NCBI GenBank assembly: GCA_004431415.1 | Contig: QPMI01000416.1 | Span: 248,001 to 312,000 of the forward strand | DNA: 64,000 nt | Source of the DNA: Cyanophora paradoxa CCMP329 | Lineage: Eukaryota; Plantae; Glaucophyta | Direction: 5' to 3' | In this document: piece after piece, positions 1-9,730 of the stretch | Layout of the letters: each line of letters starts with the position of its first letter | Numbering within the stretch: position 1 is the stretch's first letter | The notes under the pieces: model-generated | Seen by the model: the letters and a program-made list of their open reading frames with translations, nothing else | The model's database searches: none | Told to the model about the DNA's origin: nothing | Translations under genes and position numbers: made by a program

Positions 1-1
1 C

Positions 2-1132
2 TCGAGGGATATACAGCAAAACGATTGCGTCGTTTGAGCCTGAGAAATAAACAAGCGAGACTTTTCCCTCATCGTCATCAGAAGGCATGTAAATGCACAA
101 CTTTAGATCATTCGCGGTCTCGAAACGTCTGAAGATATTTGAGTCTAGCGGTGTCGGCTCAGGGATCATCGTCCAGTCGTATTTGGAAGCGTGCTCTCGA
201 TAGTGCGTTAGGTCTCGCGCATCAGCACCTGTGGGGGGAGGATGCAGAGCGGCCAGCACAGCGTACTTGAAGCATTGACCTTCGGGCGAGTTCGGATTGA
301 TTGCGCATTTCTTGTTCTTTATCCAAGTCGGGATTTCAACGGTATTGCGAGCTCCTCCGATCAATCGCAGATGCATGAGTGTATGAACTCTCACGTCCAG
401 ATAGGTCACCAGCTCCCAGCTGTCATTTGAGTGCTCCACAATGTTATCGATTTCAATCATGTGCCTGAGGAGAACCTCGGACAGATCCTCGCCAGGCAAT
501 ATCCGCTTGTAATCTGGCTCAAAGATTCTAGGCCTAGAGAACGTCTCATGGACCTCCCCGTTGATGATCTCGATTTTCTTGAATTGACCCCAGGCAGAAA
601 CCTTCATGATGATTCCCTGGTCTCTCTCGTTTGCATCAGCTACCCGCCGACTCAGGTACTCGACGAAGCCATCTCGGAACTCTGAATTAGTGCGCACGAG
701 TGCTGCAAGGGATTGGACTGGCTGCAGCTCGAGAGGAATGCGGTCTGTCACTGTGTCGGAAACACCATTCAAAGCAGTCGTTCTCACATAAAACTCGTGC
801 GCGCCAGCAACCACTCGTATCTGCTGGCCTTCAGGATCAGGCTCATACCCAGGTAGCTCATCGTAGGCCATAGCTCGGTCCGCTGCAATTGTGATTGGGG
901 CAGCCCTCTCTGAGATACGGCGCCTCGGTCTGAAGTTAAGAGTCTTCAGAGCGTCGACGATAATCTTGTACTTTTGAATTGTCGTAAACCTAGCCCGAGA
1001 GCTGGCCGCCGCAATTCTCAGAATTTTATTTTCAAACACACTTGTTATAACTCCCTGCAAGCGCAAAGCAACGGCATCCGCGAACAGTCTCTGCTTGATC
1101 TCATCTAGCAATCTCTGACGCGACCGCGACAT
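2..1132 (-). CDS. Protein-primed family B DNA polymerase, N-terminal part (runs off window edge; absent from ORF track)
   Basis: Manual translation from ATG 1132: MSRSRQRLLDEIKQRLF...IPTWIKNKKCAINP...GQCFKYAVLAALHP...RRFETAND...IVLLYIPR. Start, middle and end segments are in one frame and match the element 3 pPolB (TPEWIARKKATVNV...DCFKYAILARLH...DRFEEQN...INLLLI). Confidence 0.85.
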   Translation of the reverse strand, partial: MSRSRQRLLDEIKQRLFADAVALRLQGVITSVFENKILRIAAASSRARFTTIQKYKIIVDALKTLNFRPRRRISERAAPITIAADRAMAYDELPGYEPDPEGQQIRVVAGAHEFYVRTTALNGVSDTVTDRIPLELQPVQSLAALVRTNSEFRDGFVEYLSRRVADANERDQGIIMKVSAWGQFKKIEIINGEVHETFSRPRIFEPDYKRILPGEDLSEVLLRHMIEIDNIVEHSNDSWELVTYLDVRVHTLMHLRLIGGARNTVEIPTWIKNKKCAINPNSPEGQCFKYAVLAALHPPPTGADARDLTHYREHASKYDWTMIPEPTPLDSNIFRRFETANDLKLCIYMPSDDDEGKVSLVYFSGSNDAIVLLYIPR

Positions 1133-1375
1133 TTTCTTTTTCAAATGTAAGACGAGATTATATTTCGAGAGATTCAACGCATCGGTTCTGACGGGACTCC
1201 TTTCTATATTCATACAGATCACGCTCCCTTTAAGGCGTGGGGCGGCACGCAACTGCGTTTCAAAAAATAAGAGGCGGCAAGCAAAAGCTAGCTATAGCCG
1301 GAGGCAAGGCTGCCTCCTTGGCTGCCGCCCCATCTCTTACCACTTACCTCGAACGAATTGTCTTCCAATGTCCAC

Positions 1376-1747
1376 TTACTCTATCATAGGCGACGGGGCA
1401 ACATCGCTAGCCTGCGACTCGACGTCGCTGTTTGTCTGCGACCCCTGAGATGCTGTTTGCGATTCGGTTGATGATGCTGCGAGTTCTGCAGCCCGCTTGC
1501 GCAAACGCCACTGACGATTCACCTCCTTAATCCGCTCGTGCTTTACCGGGTCTGCCATGTACTTGCGGCGTCGCAGACGTTCACCCTCACGATAATGCTC
1601 GATATTCTGCTGACGCCTCAGCCTACGAATCCGGAGGACCTCCTCGTGAGGTATCACAGTCTTCTCGTAGACTCGCACCATCAGCACTTTCATAGCGCCC
1701 TGAGGGGTCAAATCGTTGTTGCAGCTCTGCATTTCCTGCTCATTCAT
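1376..1747 (-). CDS. Small basic protein, possibly DNA-binding
   Basis: 123-aa ORF with an Arg/Lys-rich helix (REGERLRRRKY...NRQWRLRKR), directly upstream of pPolB and preceded by a CTTAAAG motif. Confidence 0.6.
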   Translation of the reverse strand: MNEQEMQSCNNDLTPQGAMKVLMVRVYEKTVIPHEEVLRIRRLRRQQNIEHYREGERLRRRKYMADPVKHERIKEVNRQWRLRKRAAELAASSTESQTASQGSQTNSDVESQASDVAPSPMIE

Positions 1748-1846
1748 CGATAATAGCGACGGGATTTATTTTTCGATAATATCACGCGATCAGTTCGAGC
1801 GCGCTATTCCTTTTATATTATAGCGGAGCGTTTTCTTTAAGGCGCA

Positions 1847-2257
1847 ATGCCAAGGCATGCTTGCGTGCCGCGTGCTGTTAAAATGAGTTCAAAAAGTGAC
1901 AGCGAATCATCGAGCGACTCATCTTGCGAAAACGACCCCGACAGCACTACGTTTGAGCTTAGATGGCCCGGGCGCACGATCTTCTCTTCCGCTGATCGGA
2001 TCACTTTCGGCACTTACAAGGGCTGGTGGTATAAGGACCTGCTCAGCATGAGACGCGACTACGCTCTGTGGCTGCTCGATCAGCCCTGGCTACCCGCTTT
2101 TGATCGGGCCGCTTTGAGCGAGCTCTCCCGAACTTTGAAAAACCCGAAGCGGAAACCGCCGCTGGCGCCTTGTCCACGCAGTACTGACGGTCGTATCCGG
2201 AGGAATCGTAAACGAGGACCTGGTAAGAATGACCGTACTCCAAGTGCAGCCGCTTAA
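1847..2257 (+). CDS. Small protein with FGxYKG motif (DUF3820-like)
   Basis: ITFGTYKGWWYKDLL...DYALWLLDQ fits the FGKYKG...Y..WL pattern. Overlaps the ATPase 3' end on the opposite strand. Confidence 0.55.
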   Translation: MPRHACVPRAVKMSSKSDSESSSDSSCENDPDSTTFELRWPGRTIFSSADRITFGTYKGWWYKDLLSMRRDYALWLLDQPWLPAFDRAALSELSRTLKNPKRKPPLAPCPRSTDGRIRRNRKRGPGKNDRTPSAAA

Positions 2258-2786
2258 GCTCCTCTCGAGTCATTCCTGCATTATATTCATCGAAGCAGCA
2301 GTTGAATTCTTTTATGTTGCTCAGGACGCTGGAAAAGCAGACGTACTCGCAATTGCGCCTAATCGTTGGACTGATTCCGCAGAGCCTCTGCGTGGTTATC
2401 AGCAGCGAGATACGGTAGTGCCTTCCGGATGTAAATAGCTTCTGCAGCAGCCGGTTGTTGTGTACGTTAATCGAGAAATCGTCAAGCAGATCATCTAAGA
2501 TAACCGCTGTTATCGGGGCCGGCTTGCCTCCGGCGATTAAACTTTTTTGACGATGCAGCAGATTAAATACGATCTCTTCTTCCCAGCCTTCATAAATGTT
2601 CTCCTTGCGGGTTACATCGTTCCATTGACCTGTAAAAGCCGTTGAGCTGAAGATATATATCTCGGACAGCTGATCCACCGTTTTTGCAAGCAGATTCTTC
2701 AAATAAGTAGACTTGCCTGTGTTCGTCGGCCCCACCAGGAGGAAGCGCTTCGGGTGCTCGATTTTGCTTGCATCAAATATGTCCAT
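2043..2786 (-). CDS. A32/FtsK-like DNA packaging ATPase
   Basis: Walker A GPTNTGKS, Walker B VILDD, SGRHYRISLLITTQ and IRRN motifs; adjacent to MCP. Confidence 0.93.
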   Translation of the reverse strand: MDIFDASKIEHPKRFLLVGPTNTGKSTYLKNLLAKTVDQLSEIYIFSSTAFTGQWNDVTRKENIYEGWEEEIVFNLLHRQKSLIAGGKPAPITAVILDDLLDDFSINVHNNRLLQKLFTSGRHYRISLLITTQRLCGISPTIRRNCEYVCFSSVLSNIKEFNCCFDEYNAGMTREELKRLHLEYGHSYQVLVYDSSGYDRQYCVDKAPAAVSASGFSKFGRARSKRPDQKRVARADRAATERSRVSC

Positions 2787-2788
2787 AT

Positions 2789-4018
2789 CTAAAAGTTGCT
2801 TACTTTAAGGGTCGACATTTGATACGAGTTGATGACCAGGACGTTGTGCCTGAGGACAAAGAAATCGACGACAGCTGGGGCAGCATTGGTGCAGCCGGAC
2901 ACGGTGAGAGTACAGTAGCTGCTGCTGCTATTATAAAAGTCGTGATAACCAAGGACAGCGTTGTGAAGAGAGTCTTTGCCGCTCTTGGAGAGAACGATTC
3001 CATAGACGTTGGCCTCCTCGAATCCTAGAGCAGCATTTCCGGTCGTCGAGCCTCGGTACTGGCTAGGGATGTGGTAGGCAGCGGAAACAAACCCTGAGAT
3101 CGGTTTATTGCTGATGTCAATCGCGCGATTGTTGTGATACAATTCAAAGTCTTCAATCTTAAGGGCACTGCCGTAGCCAGCGAACTCGTTATGCGCACGA
3201 GTGTTCAGCTTCGTCGCAGCCCGAACTGTCATCAGCACCGAGTGTACCAGGCCCGAGACGTTTGCAAGAGAGACTTCGACTGGCTGACCAGCGTCATCGG
3301 TTTTAAGCTGACGAGAACGCTTCGTAATCACTTCGGTGAAGGGGATACGGATACCACCGTCGCTGTTCGCAGACTTCAACATAGCCTCGGCATCTTCGGC
3401 AGGGATATTGGCGAATGAGCACACGAGCGCGGCATCGGACATCGTGGCCACCGCATTAGTATCGGTTCCGATGACAGCCGATGAGCGAAAATCGACTTCA
3501 ATGCTGGGCATATCGGCGAGAGCGAGCAGAGGGAAATGAGCATCATCCCAGAGCGAGCAGGGGATCTTTACGACGTACTCCCGGCTGGCGTTATTGATCT
3601 CAAGGGCTCCGTCCTTACCGAAGCCGTAGCTTGACGCCATTGCCTGCGACTGAGCCACAGAGTTATCGACAAGCGTGGCCACCGTAAGCCAGTCTCCGGG
3701 GAGAATCAGCTTGAAGCTCCCGTGGACAAAGCGGATGCTTTCGATGAAGGCCGAGGCGCCGCAAGGTAGCACCGAGGCTGCGGAACCGCCGGCAACAGCT
3801 ACCTTGAAATAGAGGGAGACGCCATTGAGCAGTTGCTTCCGGGGAAGATCGAATGTAACTGTCTGCGCAAATCCGAAGCTGTTTCCGCGGGGTCGAATTG
3901 ACTCCAGGAACGACTTGAATTTCGGGTTGAGACCAACCGAAAGACCTGGCGACATGTACAATTCCGAGCTGCCCTTCGTCACGAGCAGTTCTTTCAGAGT
4001 GGTTCCAGCGAGTGCCAT
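2789..4018 (-). CDS. Major capsid protein (probable double jelly-roll)
   Basis: 409 aa, beta-rich, with FDLPR and IRFVHG...LPGDWL segments. Lies between ATPase and mCP; homologous to ORFs at 10748-11972 and 49923-51323. Confidence 0.82.
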   Translation of the reverse strand: MALAGTTLKELLVTKGSSELYMSPGLSVGLNPKFKSFLESIRPRGNSFGFAQTVTFDLPRKQLLNGVSLYFKVAVAGGSAASVLPCGASAFIESIRFVHGSFKLILPGDWLTVATLVDNSVAQSQAMASSYGFGKDGALEINNASREYVVKIPCSLWDDAHFPLLALADMPSIEVDFRSSAVIGTDTNAVATMSDAALVCSFANIPAEDAEAMLKSANSDGGIRIPFTEVITKRSRQLKTDDAGQPVEVSLANVSGLVHSVLMTVRAATKLNTRAHNEFAGYGSALKIEDFELYHNNRAIDISNKPISGFVSAAYHIPSQYRGSTTGNAALGFEEANVYGIVLSKSGKDSLHNAVLGYHDFYNSSSSYCTLTVSGCTNAAPAVVDFFVLRHNVLVINSYQMSTLKVSNF

Positions 4019-4066
4019 TTTTCTTATGCTATTATCAAACGAAAATAATCTTGACGTAATAACAAG

Positions 4067-4945
4067 ATGAAAGTGCGTGTTAATATCGACTCAAGAGAGA
4101 GGAGCGAAGGGACTCAGACTAATTTCAAATACGTCCTGCCTGAGCCGTTGACTAACGTTAAGTCGGTGCGAGTCGCATTGCTGGAACTCTTTCATAATCT
4201 TTATAATCTGACAAGCGGAGGTGTCATTACAACGTATACCGATGATCCTGCGAACGCCACGAAATCGCGGGCTAATAATTTCAAGGCGGGCGTCTACACG
4301 GCAACATCTCTTGTGAATTACCTGAACGCCATACTGAAGACACAGCAGTACAGCTATAGCGGAAGCACGTTCCAGCTTAAATATCTAGTCGAATTCGATG
4401 AGGTAACGATGAGACTGCGCTTCCTATGCGAGGCCCCTTTCGAGCTTGAGTTCTCTTCGAAAGAATTTGCCGGTCTTCTTGGCTTTCCTGACTCTTTGAC
4501 CGCCGCTTCTCTGGCGCTGGATACTGCTGAGACTATCGGTGGAATTGAATATACCGACGAGATAGTGAGCGACCGTCCTCTCGACTTCCTTTATCACTCT
4601 TACTTGCTGCTGCACATCGCTCAGATTAAGGGTTCGATAAAGACTAGTAATCCGTTTACGACGGGGGCGATTGCTAAGATTAACATCGATAGCAAGTTCA
4701 ACGAGCTCATCAAGTACACAGCAGACGATAGGACTCCTGTTTCCGGAATAGCCGGTACCACCGAATTTTCTGAGCTCGATATCAGCCTTCGTTATTTCGA
4801 TGGCAGCCTAGCGCTTTCAAACACTGATTTCTCTCTCATTCTAGAGTTTGAATTCGAAGACAGTGAGTATAGCAAGGCCTCGCTGAAGGGTAACATCCGT
4901 AGCTCTAACCTCGAATATCAGCCGTTCATGAGGACTTTCGCGTAG
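4067..4945 (+). CDS. Minor capsid (penton-like) protein
   Basis: N-terminal NIDSRER...F.Y.LP...NVKSVRV and C-terminal LDISLRYFDG...DFSLILEFE pattern typical of PLV/NCLDV minor capsid proteins. Confidence 0.8.
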   Translation: MKVRVNIDSRERSEGTQTNFKYVLPEPLTNVKSVRVALLELFHNLYNLTSGGVITTYTDDPANATKSRANNFKAGVYTATSLVNYLNAILKTQQYSYSGSTFQLKYLVEFDEVTMRLRFLCEAPFELEFSSKEFAGLLGFPDSLTAASLALDTAETIGGIEYTDEIVSDRPLDFLYHSYLLLHIAQIKGSIKTSNPFTTGAIAKINIDSKFNELIKYTADDRTPVSGIAGTTEFSELDISLRYFDGSLALSNTDFSLILEFEFEDSEYSKASLKGNIRSSNLEYQPFMRTFA

Positions 4946-4980
4946 AGACTCGCGCATTTATTTCTTATTTAAAATAAAAG

Positions 4981-5647
4981 ATGGAAACCAAGCGTGGACG
5001 TGGGAGGCCAAGGAAGATCCCTCTGGATGCTGTCCCTGAGCGAGCTCCTGCAGATATGAGTGCTCGCCGAGTTCAAACTCTCAGTGGAGACGTTGGTACC
5101 TACCCATCGTTAAGCGAGCTGGACGATCGGATGAGATCGATTTCGCTGCTGAAGCTGATCTTAACTCGATCTTCGAGCGGGTGCCAAATTCAAGGACTCG
5201 TAAGACAAATACTAAGCTGTTGAAGAAATTAGCTGATTCTGAGCTGTATGTAAGCGATAATGGGAAAACGAAACGCTTCTTTACCAAGTCGAATGGTAAT
5301 AAACTCACAACGGTTTCTGCTGTTACGGCTAAGCGGCTGATGGAGGGTATTGCTTTGGAAACGAAACTGGATAATCGAATATTGGAGGATAAACCTTCGA
5401 AGCAGAAGATTGAAAAAAGGAAGACCCCGCCGGAGCGGAGATTTCAGTTGTAAAGAAAGAGTCAGGTTCAAGCCTGCTCGAGAGGACCGCTGAGCTCGCT
5501 GAGAGCAATGCGACAGAGATGCCCACCGCTAACAAATCGATCCTGCGGATTGCGAGCAGCTCAGAAGAACCCGTCTCGGTTGTCCCAGTCAAGCCGATGG
5601 CTGCTGGATTTCGGCCTCTGGCTGTGATGCTTCGACGTTGGGAGTAG
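4981..5647 (+). CDS. AT-hook-containing conserved protein, split by two frameshifts
   Basis: KRGRGRPRK AT-hook. Adding one base at GG 5129-5130 and one in the A-run 5413-5418 gives one ORF homologous to 12949-13689 (AKRLMEGIALETKLDNRI vs AKSLVDGIAAETKNENKI; NKSILRIA vs NKSILRVA). Confidence 0.72.
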
Positions 5648-6251
5648 GAAAGTTCAGGCGTAGGAAAGGACGGTCTTCCTCAGAGATATGCTGTAGGGCG
5701 TAGGCATCGCGAGCTCTGGCAGCGGCCTCGGCAGTGGGATAGCTTCCAATGATCTTACGTTTTCCATTGATTGTCAACTGTGCTCTCCACTTGTTATCGC
5801 GTTTATGCAACGACACTCCAATGTAGCCTGATGTATTATTCCGACCAATCATCCCGCTTATCGCACGCGCAGTGTGTGAGACAAGAATCAAGTTCTCATC
5901 CGCATTGTTTAGTCGGTTGCCGTCTTTATGTCTCCAAGAAAAGCCAGGAGGTGCTTTCCCTTTGATATGCAAGTGCAACAACTTCGACTTCGGATCAATG
6001 TTGTTGTCAGCCATGCCAACATAATCTCCTGATGATGACCACATATAATAGCTTTTGAGTTCGGGGTAACGATGGGCTGATACGATAGCGCACTTCCCTC
6101 TCATTTTACTTCCTCCAAGCGGTATTCCAACACAGCCCTCGGGAATTACTGTTTCAACAACACGGTTTTGATTCCACTCGTCTTTGAACATGACCCGGCA
6201 TACACCTGCTCTCATCTCGTATTTAATGGTGTGTGTGTTAACGTTTGCCAT
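5589..6251 (-). CDS. HNH-AP2 homing-endonuclease-like protein
   Basis: HNH-like HKDGNRLNNADENL followed by AP2 domain SGYIGVSLHKRDNKWRAQL...IGSYPTAEAAARARD. Confidence 0.88.
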   Translation of the reverse strand: MANVNTHTIKYEMRAGVCRVMFKDEWNQNRVVETVIPEGCVGIPLGGSKMRGKCAIVSAHRYPELKSYYMWSSSGDYVGMADNNIDPKSKLLHLHIKGKAPPGFSWRHKDGNRLNNADENLILVSHTARAISGMIGRNNTSGYIGVSLHKRDNKWRAQLTINGKRKIIGSYPTAEAAARARDAYALQHISEEDRPFLRLNFPTPNVEASQPEAEIQQPSA

Positions 6252-6621
6252 TCCTCTTTTCTACAAGAAGAGTGCGATCTCTTTAAGTGCTGCATGGGTA
6301 CTGCATAGGCTATAAATAAATCCAGCAGTATGTTTTTTCTTTTACTCTCCGATCATCGATTTATTTATTTTAACGATTTCGAGACTTGGAAATGCTTGAA
6401 AGAAATCGCTCAGAATCGAACTTGAATCGTTGAGAGACAAAGCCATAGCACTACGAGCTGGACCAGGAGGAAGAAGACGATTTTGCGACTAGCTATGACC
6501 CTGAATGCTCTTTATGAGTCAGGTTGCAATCAGACACCGCTAACGTGATGACGAGGGGATGGGGTGGCGGATGACGGCGAAGAGGCCCAGTCCCGTAGAG
6601 TGGGCACAAAGTGGATTTTTT

Positions 6622-7207
6622 TCGTCGATTGTTCAAGGTCAGCAGGAGTTCCATAAGTACTTGAGCGACGTGATGTATGCGAACCTGAAGGACAACTCCA
6701 CAACACTCACGTGGCAGGTGCCGAACGACGTTTGATTAATTTGCTGGCATGCTGGTATCCGCGGCCGACGCGCACGGGATATATATTTGCACCGCAGGCA
6801 GCGGGGTCGGCGCCGTGGGGAGGGTTTGTGGGCGGCTCTGCGTGGTCCTGCGAGCATCTTGTTTTCATTGTGGGCGGGTATTTGGGATCTCTACTTCCAA
6901 CTTCGTCGTCTGGAAGTCCTCAAGAGAACATCCTCGTCCTGGACACGGCCGCCATCGGTGTGCATAAATCCCGCCCGCCGCCGAAAACGTACCGCCTTAA
7001 ACCATCTTAAATTGAAATCCGGAGCCTGCAAGGGCTACTACTTTAGATCTGTCATGTTTCAATTGAATACGCACTGATGCATGGCGCAACATCAGACAAG
7101 ACTGTCTTCTTCCAGATTCCAGCAGGGGCTGCTTTGATCGGATATCATAATCAAGTGGCGCCGCTGCCAGGCGATGTGTGTGCGGTTTACAGACCTCCAG
7201 GAGTAAC
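6622..7207 (+). repeat. Host internal duplication, copy 1 (1750-bp offset)
   Basis: Nearly identical to 8372-8612 joined to 20095-20439. Contains the uninterrupted target site GCA-TCTTGT-TTTCAT of element 2. Confidence 0.92.
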
Positions 7208-8612
7208 ACCGGAGCAAGCTGCAAGCGCAGGCCTTCCAAGGCTAAATGCCATTCAAAGAATAGGTACGATCGGCATTGAATCGATTTTGTGCTGCAATAT
7301 TTAACATCTGGAGGAAACCCGGAAGAAATCCAAAGCGCGGCGCCGACGCCAACGCCGACGCCCGTTCCCTTCAAGGCCTACGTGACGAATCATGCTGCGA
7401 CCGTCGGTGGGACTGAAAGGGGCAGCGTGTTTTCAACCATCAACGACGCTCTCTTCGTTGGTAGGCAGATGTTGATCCTCGTTTTGCCGTGGCGCATTTA
7501 CTTTGTGCGGCTGAGCCTCATTGCTCGCAAGGTTACGAAGGGAACTTTGATCGCTTCGCCAATAATGCATCAACCAGCGCCGCCTACTTTTCATCTCTAT
7601 GCAACTGGTAGCTTTAGCGTTTAATTGACTTCGGCGAATTGCTGCATGTCGGGTTCATCAAATTAAACTGAAGACCGACAGGGGGCGTTACGTCACTCTC
7701 ATGGAGGATCCAGTCACAAAGATCGTGTACGGCTTCACAACCTATTATGATAGATATGGGACGTTCCACGGGATCGCCATTCTGCGATGGAGTGAGTGCC
7801 GAGGGGTTATGAGAACTGATTATGATGGTTAAATTCGGAGATAACGACCGGATGTCTGTTTGCGTAACTGCCACGTGGGATTATCGATATCACCGTTAAT
7901 GCGTTTGCGGCGCTTGCAGACGGGTCGACGTCAGTGCCTTGCCAGACTATTGCTTTTATGCCGTCGGATGTCTCTGTCATTTTTCCACTTGTCGTTCTCT
8001 CTGAGCAAAAGGTATATATGCATTTGCATGAAAGACTTCTTTGCGACCTTTTGACGTCTGAGCGCAATGCTCTCCAGATCTGGATTGCGTTTGGATACAG
8101 ACGAGACATACAAGAAATGACCAACGGGCTCGTCGTGTTCGATCTGGTGTCGCTCTCGTGGTCGACTCGCATCCCAAGGAGCAGCTTCCTCACGACAGGA
8201 CCCAAAGAGCAATATTACACCAACGGCTTCGGTTGGCGTTACAAAGCGATCAAGACATACAGCGGGCCTTTCAGTGCGCGACAGCAAGCTTCCGGAGCGG
8301 TATCCAACGGCCGGCTGTACGTCTACGGAGGGGGGCGTCCGTACACCGAACTGTATTATGATAGTGCGGGGTCGTCGATTGTTCAAGGTCAGCAGGAGTT
8401 CCATAAGTACTTGAGCGACGTGATGTATGCGAACCTGAAGGACAACTCCACAACACTCACGTGGCAGGTGCCGAACGACGTTTGATTAATTTGCTGGCAT
8501 GCTGGTATCCGCGGCCGACGCGCACGGGATATATATTTGCACCGCAGGCAGCGGGGTCGGCGCCGTGGGGAGGGTTTGTGGGCGGCTCTGCGTGGTCCTG
8601 CGAGCATCTTGT
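6622..8612 (+). CDS. Host multi-exon gene segment with Kelch-like repeats
   Basis: Exon-like pieces SARQQASGAVSNGRLYVYGGG and HLVFIVGG, separated by short GT...AG intron-like stretches. Exon boundaries not resolved. Confidence 0.55.
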
Positions 8613-9016
8613 AGCTCAGCACTGCGCCGTGTCTCCAAAAAAATACCCGCAAAAAAATCAAAAACAAATCAGAAAACAAACCATTCCCAGTAACCCAATC
8701 TTGAATATCAGTAAATCTCAGTAAGCCTCAGTAACAAAAATTTAATTAATCGACGTTATATCATAATCTCGATTAATTATATCTTATCGCAGTTATATCT
8801 TTTTTATGCGCCTTGTCTCCAAAACAATTCCCAAGAAAAACAAACCATTCCCAGTAACCCTATTCGTATTCAACAGTAATCTCAGTAAGCCTCAGTAACA
8901 AAAATCGAATTTATCGAAGTTATATCTTAAATCTTATTTATCGAAGTTATATCATTATCTCGATTAATTATATTTAATCGAAGTTATATCCTTTTTATCC
9001 GCCGTGTCTCCCATGA
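8613..9016 (+). repeat. Left terminal inverted repeat of element 2 (404 bp)
   Basis: Reverse complement of 19685-20088 with about three mismatches seen by eye; internally built from ~185-bp direct repeats. Confidence 0.95.
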
Positions 9017-9459
9017 ATAACTAAGTAAGTTTAGTTAAAACCTCGAAAGAAAAACCTCTCATTTTTTACTGTATTTTTTGAACGATTTTTTACTGTATTT
9101 GTTACACTAGAAACAACAATAGAAACGACAATAAAAACAATAGAATTTTAATTGTTTTTGAATCGTATATACGTCAATATATCACTGTAATATATATCAT
9201 ATATATCATAGGAAATCGATTTATAGTCAAACCTATAACATATCAATTTGTGTATATGTGATATATATTCATATATGACGTCATGATGATGATGTATATG
9301 TATCTGATATATATGACACACCGGCTTATTCGGGAGATCATGACGATCACGGCGATGTGTATATTGTCATGATGTATATGTATATATGTGTGACGCAATC
9401 TGATTGGTGTGCTACTTGTTTTGTTGTATCCCCTTCAACTTCTCCCCAGGTTTATATCA

Positions 9460-9730
9460 CAGATAACATCTCAGATAATACCTCAGATAATACCTCAGAT
9501 AATACCTCAGATTATACCTAGCTCAGATAATACCTCAGATGATATCTCAGATATTAAATGTAATTTTGTTCGATTCCCATTGGACTATGCCACAGAGTAG
9601 TATTTACCTCTCTGAGGTATTTACCTTGAGGTATTTATCTCTCTGAGGTATTTACCTCGAGGTATTTATCTCGCCGAGGTATTTACTGCGAGGTATTTAC
9701 CGCGAGATATTTACCTCGAGGTATTTATCA
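9460..9730. repeat. Opposed arrays of ATACCTC / GAGGTAT motifs
   Basis: 12-bp tandem GATAATACCTCA (~9460-9553) followed by repeated GAGGTATTTA(CCTC) (~9597-9730). Confidence 0.85.

Larger units (their letters stand above)
1..6621. mobile_element. Polinton-like virus element 1 (right part; left end outside window)
   Basis: Intronless cluster of pPolB N-terminus, packaging ATPase, MCP, mCP and HNH-AP2. Right boundary is where identity to the duplicated host segment begins (6622 matches 8372, TCGTCGATTGTTCAAGG...). Confidence 0.9.

Noticed and set aside
242-791. Short plus-strand ORFs
   Set aside because: Antisense shadows of the minus-strand pPolB gene.
8372-8612. Direct repeats near elements 1 and 2 as LTRs or a long TSD
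   Set aside because: They continue past element 2 as a host intragenic duplication; the real TSD is the 6-bp TCTTGT.
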